Positions 26,601 to 37,525 of a stretch of 64,000 nucleotides of DNA are shown here, one piece after another (the stretch's first letter is position 1; each line of letters starts with the position of its first letter). A program made the position numbers and the translations under genes. The stretch covers positions 6,538,786 to 6,602,785 of the forward strand of contig NC_090406.1 of the NCBI RefSeq assembly GCF_036365525.1. Reading direction: 5' to 3'. The notes below the pieces were generated by a model. That model searched no databases, was not told the DNA's origin, and worked only from the letters and a program-made list of their open reading frames with translations. The stretch comes from Heterodontus francisci. Lineage: Eukaryota.

Positions 26601-28220
26601 GGGATGGCTGGGAAGGTTGTCCGTTTTGTAACATATGGGATGGAGCTGGATAATTGGAAGTTCTGACTCTTGGGTTCTCTGATGCAATGTACATAACTGA
26701 GGTTTTTTTTTGTTGTAGAAGTTTGAGTTTGTTGCCATCTTTATTGGATGTTTACACGGTATAGCTTTCCAGATTCAGGGTGGATTGTAGACTTGGAGTG
26801 TGGGCAGAAAATAGCTCCAACTGTAATCCACCCAAGGATCGGGTTAAACCGTGTATTTTTTTTAATTGTCCCCAACTCACTCCCTCTTTTCTCACTGCCC
26901 AACGTTCTTTCTCGGGAGAGTTGGGTTCTGCTGACAGTGCCCAGTAAGCCAGTAGGAGACGTACTTTTATCCTTGAGAATTAATTGGTTCCATCATTTAT
27001 CAGTCCTCCTCCTTCCCTAGCTGTTTACATACTGAAGTTGGTTGCATCAGCTGATGCAAATACTTCTTTGCGTTGTTTTGGAGAGCCATGTCTAATGTGT
27101 TAGGTTAATGTAATGCATTACAAATGATAAGCTCTGTGCCCTGCACTTTTTGCTCTCAAGGGTAATCCCTTAAGTCTGGGGTTGGTAACTCAAGGAGAAC
27201 AGAAGTCAAAAATGTTCTTCTTGACGGGGCAGGTTGATAACTTCAACTTGTTGTCCACCATCCCATCTTGGGACCCCTTTCCTTCCTGCTGCTTCTCCCC
27301 CCACCCTCAAAGAAAGGAAGGGAGCAGCAGGGTGCAAGGGGTTTGACCTCTGGGACCTGGGTTCAAACCGAACCCTGCTTGGGATGAAAATCGTCTCTTG
27401 TCCACTGGCTCTTGTTAGTTTGGGGGCACTCTCAATCGATGTAGTTCCTCGTGGACATGGGTCCACACACACAGTACAATATGTTTGGACCATAACTAGA
27501 CCTTTTTAATCTGGTCAGGTGAGGTCATCACCTTTTGGTTTTTGGTTTTGTGGGGAGGGGCAAGTAACGATATTCAACAATTGTTTTATACTTTGAAGGA
27601 AATGTAGTCCACAGGAGATCGTTGTGCCTCATTTGGACGCTCAGTAACAAATTGATACCAAATAAAGCGCCCAGCTTCACAGCAAGAGTTTGGATTGCAG
27701 GATAATCGGAAACCTACGACTCCCATCTTCCTCTTCGGACCCCATTCCGATTCTCTTCCTCTCCCCTTCCTCCCCTAAAGTTGGTTGTCGGAGGAAAGGG
27801 GAGGAGGGAAGAAAGAGAAACTGACAGGTATTTTTCTAGAATGAATGCAAATACCCCAAAAACCTCAAGCATATATTGTCTGTAAGCAAAAACCGTCTTC
27901 AAGTGGGAGCAACGCCGTATACGTGGAAATAACTGCAGATAACAGGACTCGAGCTGTGCAAAAGAATTTTTGTCTGCACTTTGTGTTGCCAGCAAATTTA
28001 TATTCCGGGTGACTGAAGTCCCAAGTGTCGATCTTCTGGACCTTCTATTTACTGTGACTATAGCCTTTGATAGAAGTTTCAAAGAAATTGCTCGAGATGC
28101 CCATTCCCACTGAAGCCCTGCTGGGGAATTTAAATCCATGCTTGAAATGGATTATGTATATTGTATTGTGAGGGATTTTTAGCATTTGAATGACAAATAA
28201 ACAGGACAAACAGCATCGTG
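23661..28220 (+). other. GATAD2A: Probable long GATAD2A 3' UTR
   Basis: Follows the stop codon, U-rich, no young LINE/SINE copies; AATAAA at 27661-27666 and 28196-28201, after which repeats resume. Confidence 0.55.
28196..28201 (+). terminator. Candidate distal polyadenylation signal of GATAD2A (proximal candidate 27661-27666)
   Basis: AATAAA followed by U/GU-rich sequence (ctgtctgttctt, ttttgtgt). Confidence 0.5.
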
Positions 28221-29187
28221 GCACCACTGTCTGTTCTTCACGGCATTTCTTTTTGTGTAAACTTGGGCTCCTGAAGTTGAGAATATCGGTGGGGATGAAT
28301 GAAGATTTTCCCAATTCAGCACCTAATGCCGAGCATGCTCAGGTAAGCTATAGTACTTTAGATAGAGTGAAGCTGCCTCTACACTGTCCCATCAAGCACT
28401 CCCAGGGCAGGTACCTCACATATTAGAGTAAAGCTCCCTCTACACTGATAATGCTAACTCCAAGATTCAATGGTTTTTAGGAGGGTCTCAGAAGAGGTAT
28501 GTGGAGGAATTTAGGGAGTAAATTCCAAAGGTTTGGACTCTGCTAGCTGAAGGCACATTCTCACAAGCTGCTGGAGTCAGTCATTGGGTTGTTGGGATGA
28601 GAGTGGAAGCTATGAACGCATTAATACACTGATGAGAATTTTTAAATTTGAGGCATTGAGGGAGTGTTGGACACCAAGGTAAATCAGCAAAGACAGAGGG
28701 CACGTTCAAGCTGCGTGGCTGAATATTTGAAGATTTAGATGTACTATACAGAGAGAGGCTTTTCTTTAACGTCCAATGAGAAATGCTGTAGAATGGTCAA
28801 GGAGGCCTCTTTGTATGAACTTCCACCTTTGTACTGAAGGGTTAGCCCCTTCTGGCCTTATGCAGTGGGTCTGCCATTTTGGTAGTTGTGAAGCAGTGTT
28901 CTGTAGTTCTAAAGAACACTGCTTAAATTCTACTTGGAAAAGCTGCACAGAATGGTGTGCAATCCGTAAGAGGGATTTTAAATAGTTTAAAATATAATTT
29001 TAAATAGAGGCATCTGGTGGGTTATTCCAGGCTTTTTGTCCACTCCAACCAGGATCTCAAAATTCATACACAGGACCAATAAACCAAGGAAGAAATAAAA
29101 ACTGAAAAAGAACAAAAATTAGCTGTAAGGGCTGGTTTATCCCAGCTTGAGGGCTATTGATCATAATTCACACAGTGGACAGGAAGG

Positions 29188-30385
29188 TACATACGAATTA
29201 GGAATAGGTCACTCATCCCCTCGAGCCTGCTCTGCCATTCAATAAGATCATGGCTGATCTGATTATAACCTCATTCCCACTTTCCCCCAATAACCTTTTC
29301 ACCCCTTGCTTATCAAGAATCTTATCGACCTCTGCCTTAAGAATATTCAAAGACTCTGCTTCCACTGCCTTTTGAGGAAGAGAGTTCCAAAGACTCACGA
29401 TCCTCAGAGAAAAAAATTCTCCTCATCTGTCTTAAATGGGCAACCCCTTCATATTTAAACAGTACTCCTAGTTCTAGATTCTCCCACAAGGGGAAACATC
29501 CTTTCCACATCCACCCTGTCAAGACCCCTCAGGATCTTGTATATTTCAATCAAGCCGCCTCTTACTCTTGTAAATTCCAGCAGATGCAAGCCTAGCCTGT
29601 CCAAGCTTTCCTTATCAGGCAACCTGCCTATTCCAGGTATTAGTCTTGTAAACCTCTGAACTGTTTCCAACGCATTTACATCCTTAAATAAGGAGACCAA
29701 TACTGTACACGGTACTTCATATGTCGTCTCAACAATGCCCTGTATTGCTGAAGCATAACCTCCCTACTTTTGTATTCAATTCCTCTTACAATAAACCATA
29801 ACATTCTATTAGCTTTCCTAATTACTTGCTGAACCTGCATACTAACCTTTTATGATTCATACACTCAGACACCCAGATCCCTCTGCATCTCAGAGCTCTG
29901 CAATCTCTCGCCATTTAGATTATATGCATTTTTATTCTTGCCAAAATGGACAATTTCACATTTCCTATACTCCATTTGCTAGATCTTTGCCCACTCACTT
30001 AACCTCTCTATCCCTTTGTAGCCTCCTTATGTCCTCTTCACAACTTATTTTCCTACCTATCTTTGTGTCATCAGCAAATTTAGCAACTATACCTTCGGTC
30101 CCTTCATCCAAGACATCGATATAAATTATAAAAAGTTGAGGTCCCAGCACTGATACCTGCGGCACACCACTTGTTACATATTGCCAACCAGAAAATGAGC
30201 CTTTTATGCCTACTGTCTTTCCTGTTAGCTAGCCAATCTCTATCAATGGCAATATGTTACCCCCTACACCATGAGCTTTTATTTTTCTGCAATAACCTTT
30301 GATGTGGCACCTTATCAAATGCCTTGTGAAAATCGAAGGAAGTATAGTATATCCACCGGTTCCCCTTCATCCACAGCACATGTTA
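29188..30385 (-). mobile_element. CR1 LINE, 5'-truncated
   Basis: ORF remnants VDVERMFPLVGESRTR, SLWNSLPQKAVEAE; same family as 17065-19490. Confidence 0.88.
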
Positions 30386-30672
30386 CTACTACTTTATCTG
30401 TAAAGCACATTGGGATATCCAGAGGTTGTGAAAGGAACTCTGTAAATAGGAGACTTTTCTTTCAATGAGGAATGAATCAGTGCTTACCTAATTGGCTGTA
30501 ACTACACAATGTTGCTTATGGGGCTGTCAACAAATCCGTAGCTGCAAATCTCACCAACTCTGAACCAAATGCTACAGGCCTTTTCAATCTGACTCAGAAA
30601 ACTGACAATTCCATTTTTGTACCTCGTTCCTGTTACTAACTAAATGGCATTCCTGAAATTGTTAAGTACTGT

Positions 30673-30892
30673 CCCCAGTGTTATACAGTGACAGACCTGT
30701 ATCCACTAGTAATGTACACCAGTGTTATACAGTGGCAGACCTGTATCCACTAGTAATGTACCCCAGTATTATACAGTGACAGACCTGTATCCACTAGTAA
30801 TGTACCCCAGTATTATACAGTGACAGACCTGTATCCACTAGTAATGTACCCCAGTGTTATACAGTGACAGACCTGTATCCACTAGTAATGTA
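30673..30892 (+). repeat. Minisatellite, 5 x 44 bp (ccccagtgttatacagtgacagacctgtatccactagtaatgta)
   Basis: Five near-identical tandem units starting at 30673, 30717, 30761, 30805, 30849. Confidence 0.95.
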
Positions 30893-30896
30893 CCAA

Positions 30897-31292
30897 CTGT
30901 GGCTCAGTTGGTAGTACTCACCTCTCAGCCAGAAGGTTGTAGGGTCACAAAAATATAGGCTGACCCTTCTATGCAGTACTGAGGGACTGTTGCATTGTCA
31001 GAATGTCCTCTTTCAGATGCAACATTAAATTGAGGCCCCATCTGCTGTCTCAAGGGGGCGTAAATGATCCAATGTCCCTAATTTGAAGAAGTGCAGGGGT
31101 GCTAACCCTCAGTCTATATCTCAAAACGGATTATCTGGTCATTATCACATTGCTGTTTGTGGGAGCTTGTGTGCAAAGTGGCTGCCATGTTCCCTACATT
31201 ACAGCAGCAATTACATTTCAAAAATTACTTCATTGGTGGTGAAGTGCTTTGGGATGCCCTGATGTGAAAGGCGCTGAATAAAATAAGTCTTT
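30897..31292 (+). mobile_element. Deu-SINE (SacSINE1/AmnSINE-related)
   Basis: tRNA-like head gtggctcagttggtag, Deu-domain-like tttcagatgcaacattaaattgaggcccc, tail ggcgctgaataaaat. Confidence 0.7.
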
Positions 31293-32404
31293 TACCCAAG
31301 ACTTCTACCCATCAGTACTGAACTCCGGTATTATACAAGTGACAATGCTGTGCATTAGTGGTATACAGTGATGGTGCTGCATCCCAGTGTTATACTGTGG
31401 CAGTAGTTCTGCCACTTACCCATTACTGATTTATAATGACTGCTCATCCCCAATGCATTAGATTCAAAATCCTTATCCTTATTGATAAATCCTTCCATGA
31501 TCTCACCGCATCCTATCTCCAGTCTGCTCCAGATCTATAATCGCCTCTCAAACAACTGTTCTTTTGACTCTAGCTTGGTGTGTATCCCTCTGGCTGAAAT
31601 TTCAGCCTACCTTGTCCAACTCTTTGGAACCTCTGTCCCTACACCTCATCACCATCCCCTCCAGTTTTAACTAATTCATCAAGATCTATCTTTCTGGCCT
31701 AGTGTTTAGTCACTCCTCCTCATCTATCCCAAATATTTCAAGTGTCAGTTCTTTATACACCTATATGTGAAGCGTCTAATGATATTTGAATACATCAAAG
31801 GCACAACGTAGGTTGTTATTGTTAAAATCATATAATATGGTTCATGCAGTAGAGTTGTTCCAGGTTTGAAGCCAACCATGCTCGATGGGTTGGAAACTGG
31901 TGGGATACACTAGACGCAAGTCCTCATTTTGTGTGTTATGATTTAGCAAATCAAAAAATAAAACCGTTGTAGAAATGGATAAAATGAAAGCTCTGGAAAT
32001 AGAGAAGGTGAAATAGAAAGGTTAATGCCCCTGGTGCAATCCAAAGGATCACCCTTGCCTTTTCTCCTTTTAGACTCTGCTGGACCTGCTGTGAACCTGC
32101 AGCATTTCCTGTGCTAAATGCCTGGAGCCACTGCTTGATAAAGTTCTTCCTGTTCACCCAAGAGGCATTGCCTAGTCACAAAAAGATCTTTGTGTTTAGA
32201 AGTGTCAAAACTGGCTGCTGGTATAAACTGCATGCGGGAAAGAAAGACTTGCATTTCTATAACGCCTTTCACAACCACAGGATGTTCTAAAGCATTTTAT
32301 AGCCAACAAAATACTTTTGAAGTATAATGTAGGACATGTGGTAGACAATTTTTGCATAGCAAGATCCCACTAACAGCAATGTGATGGTGAAGGGATCATC
32401 TGTT

Positions 32405-32550
32405 CCTTTTCCAGTTCTGATGAAAGGTCACTGACCTGAAACGTTAACTCTGTTTCTCTCTCCACAGATGCTGCCAGACCTGCCGAGCATTTCCAGCACT
32501 TTCTGTTTTTATTTCAGATTTCCAGCATCTGCAGTATTTTGCTTTTATTT
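32405..32550 (+). mobile_element. Short Penelope-like insertion with the best-preserved hammerhead motif (32413-32449), inside a minus-strand Deu-SINE
   Basis: agtt-CTGATGA-a-aggtc.act.gacct-GAAA-cgtt-aact; 7-bp TSD atctgtt (32398-32404 / 32551-32557). Confidence 0.78.
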
Positions 32551-32769
32551 ATCTGTTTTAGTGATGTTGGTTGTTGGCGAAATATGGGCAGGACACAGCT
32601 CTTCTAAACAGTGCCATGGAATTTTTTATGTCCATCTGAGAACAGACAGGACCTATTCTCAACATCCCATCTGAATGACAGCACGTCTGACGATGCAGCA
32701 CTGCCGCCGTATTGGTGGTCCCTGTATCGATCACGACAGATTAAATAGGAACACTGTTCACCTATCGCC

Positions 32770-33190
32770 ACTTGTGCACACTGGTTTATATTGGCTTCCA
32801 GTCCAGCAACACCTCAAGTTTAAAATTCTCATCCTTATTTTCAAATTCCTCCAGGGCCTCGCCCCTCCCTATCGCAGTAACCCCCTTCCAACCCTACAAC
32901 CTTCTGAGATCTCTGCACTCCTCCAATTCTGGCCTCTTGCACATTCCTAATTTTAAATACTCCACCACTGGCGGTTGTGCCTTCAGCTGCCTGGTCCCCA
33001 AGATGTGGAATTTTCTCCCCTAAACTCTCCTCCTATAAGAGGTTTTTTGAAACTTGCTTCTTTGCCCAAGCTCTTGGTCCTCTGTCCTAAAATCTCTCTA
33101 TGTGGCTCAGTGTCAAATTTTGTTTGATTTTACGCCTGTGATGTGCCTTGGGAGATTTTGCTGTGTTAAAGATGTTATATTAAATACAAG
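32770..33190 (+). mobile_element. L2 LINE 3' end
   Basis: LYWLPVQQHLKFKILILIFKFLQGLAPPY and AFSCLVPKMWNFLP, typical of the L2 ORF2 C-terminus. Confidence 0.8.
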
Positions 33191-36100
33191 GTGTCACGTG
33201 GGGTAGATTTAGTGACTTGTTAAATAATCTTTGAGACAATGAACCCGTGTTGCAGCCAAGGCCAGTCATGCTCCCCTTGGCTGATTTTAAAGGTAAGGAC
33301 GGAGGGTTAGACAGATTGTACATATAGAGAGGGGAAGTGGGGATTGGCCTGAGACATGCACCAGGGGCCTCAAAGCTATTGTCTTTGTGGGTGAGTAACA
33401 CGGAGACTGGAGGGTGCCACATATCCAAATTAAAGCTGTGTTCCCATTAATTTGCATTGATCCTCAGTCGCTGATATACTAACAAAGCTTCGTGCCCTGA
33501 TTGTGGATTTGAGCAATGAGACAACAGTGGCAAGAACAGCCTTTCCAAACTTCCAGATCCATAAAACACAAAACCAGTCAAACCATAAGCAGTGATAAGA
33601 CAGATGGAGAGGAGCTCTCCCAATGTCCTGGGCCAACATTCAATCTTTAACAAACTAACTGATCAGTCATTGTGTTTGATATTTGTGGGATCTTGCTGTG
33701 AATGCAATGGCTGCTGCCTAAACAACAACAGTGATTACATTCCAAAAGATAATTAATTGGTTGTGAAGCATTTTAGGGCATTCTGAGGACATGAATGGCA
33801 CAGTATAAAATCAATTTTTTTTTCTTTGATTTGCCAGGGTTCGGGGAGATTCTGGTTGGACACCCAGAAAATAGAAAAAACACTCTTCTAATATTTCCTC
33901 AGTGTTGACTGCTGTGGTAATACAGTTGTGGACTGAGGTCACTGATGCATTTGAAGCAATTAGGTATGATTCTGAAGAGACAAGAGATGGAGGGACATGG
34001 TAGGTATAAGGTGAGAAATTGGGATTGATGGATATGGTGAGTAACTGGGTTTGAGGGACATGGTGAGTGGGATTGAGAAATATGGTGAGAAGGTGGGTAA
34101 GCAGGGACCAGATAGGGTAGGAAACCTAGAACCCACTCCAAAACAAAACTTTCTTTGCTTTGAAGGCAGCAGGACTCATTGTTTGGCTCAGTTTCATGAG
34201 TATAGAACTGATCCTGTCCTCGTCTACATCACATAGGGGACTTGCCAGTCTCTAACCTGAAGCCAGGCCAATTTTCTTTTCTTCTGTTCACCTCCTTAGC
34301 TCACGTGAGCCTAGGCCAATCTCACTTCCCCACAAAGATAAATCTCATCCTTCACCATAGGCCAGATCATCGGATGGAAGGTCGGGATTTGGCACTTGTG
34401 GTCCGGTCATTTTCAAGAGGTAGTGGCACACAAAAGAGAGGCCCAAAAAAAAGGCACTCTCTGTGATATCACCAGCTTAGCAACAGTGAAAAGCCCATTC
34501 TGACCTCACTCACTTGGCAACGGGCCTATTTAAGTCCCTTCCTGGGACCAGCCTGTGTATGTGTGTGCCGATCCTGCCTTTCCTACGTACAATTATGTAG
34601 AATTTATGTTTTTCTCGCCCCAAATAATCAGTAGCAAAGATGTTCTCTCACCAACCCAATGCCGTGGTTCAATGTCTGAGCTGCCGGTTTAGCTGGAACT
34701 TGATGCCACAGGTTGTGGACCAGCTGTGAATAACCTTTAACAAACTAGGAGGGTTGCATTGGAGTGCACACTTGACCAAGGTGACTTTGCACTAGTCACA
34801 GCGGAAATCGGTTGAGCACTCTGCAAACAGAATCTTGAGAGGTAAGTAGACAGCACTGAAGGCCTGACACAATGGTGGGTTGAGTTTGATTGAACTACAG
34901 GCAGATGTTGGGAGGAGAGGAATAGTACAGATGCAGCCTGAGAGACTGACAGTCAGTGTCTTTAATGAATAACACTGAAGGTTGTCATTGGTGCTATTTT
35001 ATCTTTTTTTGACCTCAATAAGGTGAGGGATGGAGCATTTTAATTTTGCGCACCCACTGTCAACAGCAACCAGGTACCAAAGGAATTAGATGCAGAGTAA
35101 AGCTCCCTCTACACTGTAGAGGAAGGTAATTTGCCCCATCTTAGCTCATCAGTCAAGAACTGGGGCTAAAAGTGTTAAATTATGCAGACAGGTTGCATAA
35201 ACTTAAACCTGTATTCCCTCAAGTATAAAAGATTGTGTTTAAGATGAATAAAGGAGTTCAAAGGGTAGATAGAGATAAAGTCCAGAAAAACGGGACATAA
35301 CCTTAAAATTAGAGCTGGGCCATTCAGGGGGGATGTCGGGAAGTATTTCTTAACAATAGATTTTTGTTGGGTAGAGGCAGTAAGGGTTACAGAACCAAGG
35401 CAGGTAGATGGAGTTGAGATGCATATCAGCTTTGATTGAATTGAATGGGATAGCAGGCTTAAGGGGCTGAATGGCCTCCTCCCATTGCTATTTTGTTGCA
35501 ATATCCTACCCAGAATTAACTGTGCATGTGAAGAAAAGTGACTTGTATCTGTCCTAAATTTTCCTTTTGTCAGTTTGAGTCGCCGTATCCTTCAGTCGTG
35601 GTTTAATTTGAAGTCATGTCCTCGATTTACCTTATCGCTAGGTGATCCTCTTAGATCAGCCAGCCTGGGGTGAGTGATGGGTGAAACAGGACTCGGTGCG
35701 GGTTATAATACAGGGCAGCTGAGCTTTGAATGAGCTGAAGTTTGCGGAGAGTGGACTACGGGAGGTTGGACAGTAGAGTCCTGGAATATTCCATACAAGT
35801 TGCAACATTGGAGCGGGAGTAGCTCCGAGGAAATTCCCGACCGATGTTATGTAGTCAAGCACGTTAGTTAGTTTTCTGCACATCAAGATCTCACAAACAG
35901 CAATGAGTTAAGGACCAGTTAATCTGGGTTTTATTGTACATATATTTGAGGGATGAATGTTGGCCAGGACTCCTTGCTGTTCTTTCACTAGTGGCGATGG
36001 GATGGTTTTACATGCACCTGAGAGGGTCTTTGGGACCTCATGCAAAAGAAGGAACCTTCGATACTGGAGGGAAAATTTTAAAAACGAAAGCAAACTACTT

Positions 36101-36332
36101 AGAAAGACATGGATCTTAATTTCACAACATGAGGGAGGTTTGGACACATGGAAGGACCAAATCAAACTCAAAATTGGTGACTCTGGTGAAAAAGATTAAT
36201 GAGATATAGAATTGCTTCCAAATTAGACAGCCAGTCTGAAGCAGAGCAAGTTGCTCTATTCCTTTGGAGCAATGTTATTTCAAGACAAGTTATTAATGAG
36301 ACATCAGACAAATTTGATGAAGTTTTAAAAGT

Positions 36333-37525
36333 TATCAGGCAAGCGCCCCACCTGCCAAGACTGAGGCACACATAAATTCGCCACATGAAGATTAAAATTT
36401 AAAATTGCAAGCCCCTGACTGGAAAGACGTTTGCATAGTAACAGACAGTGCTGGAACAAAGAGGACCCAGTTGTTGCTTCCCCAATACACAGAAGAAGTG
36501 GTCAGACCAGTTTTAGTCATATGACTAACTGGCTGTTGCAAAGGTTGGAACTGAGTGTTTTAAATTGGAAAAAACAGGATTTGAACTCGCAAAGCCATGT
36601 GCTCCGGTTGGAACAGAACGTCCTCTCCAGTCCTGCCTGCCTCCATTTCTTTCCCATGGAACAGAATCTTGGGAAAATACGTGAACCTCAAAGAGAGAAT
36701 TGGAAAGCTGTGAACAAGGATTCACAAAGGAGGAGCTGAAAACACTGTTTACAATTAAACCCTGGTACAATGAGACCAAGTGAAGACAGCAAAAGACCCC
36801 GAGATACCTGTTTTTAACAGAAATTTGTGTTTTGAGCTCCCCTTTGTGAATTCTTGTTCACAGCTTTCCAATTATAAGACAAAGAAACAAATTCTCACAG
36901 GTTTTCTGAGGTTTAGAGAAGAAAGATGAATTTTTTTAAAAACAAACTCTCATATGGTTAATGCCCACGGATATGACATGCCCACGCCAACATGCACATG
37001 CGACACTCACATGCAAATAGGGACAGAAAAGGGGAGAGGAAAATATAGTAGAGGGGGGTTTGAGGCAATATCAGAAGTTTCTTGTTTACTGTGCTTCACT
37101 TGATTGTAAGTAGTCTTGCTGTTCGTCGGGGCCCAGTGTTGTTCTTAAACCTTGTTCACATAGGAGATTTTTCTCTCTTTGAGGTTCACGTCTTTTCACA
37201 AGATTCAGTTCTGTGGGAAAGAGATGGAGGCAAGCAGCACTGAAGAGGAGGTTCTGTTCCAACCTGGAGCACGCGGCTTTCCGAGTTCAAATCCTGTTTT
37301 CTCCAATTTAAAGTTCCAACCCCTGCAACAGCCAGTTAGTCATGTGACTAAAACTGGTCTGACCACTTCTGTGTAGTGGGGAAGCAGTGACTGTGTCCCC
37401 TTTGTTCCAACGCTGTCTGTTATTATGCAAATGTCTTTCCAGTCGGGCTTGCAATTTTAAGTTTTAATGTCAATGTGGTAAAATAATGTGTGCCTCAGTC
37501 TTGGCAGGTGGGGGCTTGCCTTACA
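36333..37525. mobile_element. Inverted pair of LTR-like sequences inserted in the gag of element 1
   Basis: 36333-36697 is the diverged reverse complement of ~37175-37525, and 36698-36745 of ~36826-36873; TG/TA...CA-like ends. Confidence 0.65.

Noticed and set aside
30673-30892. CRISPR-like regular repeat
   Set aside because: Units are contiguous with no unique spacers, there are no cas genes and the context is vertebrate; it is a minisatellite
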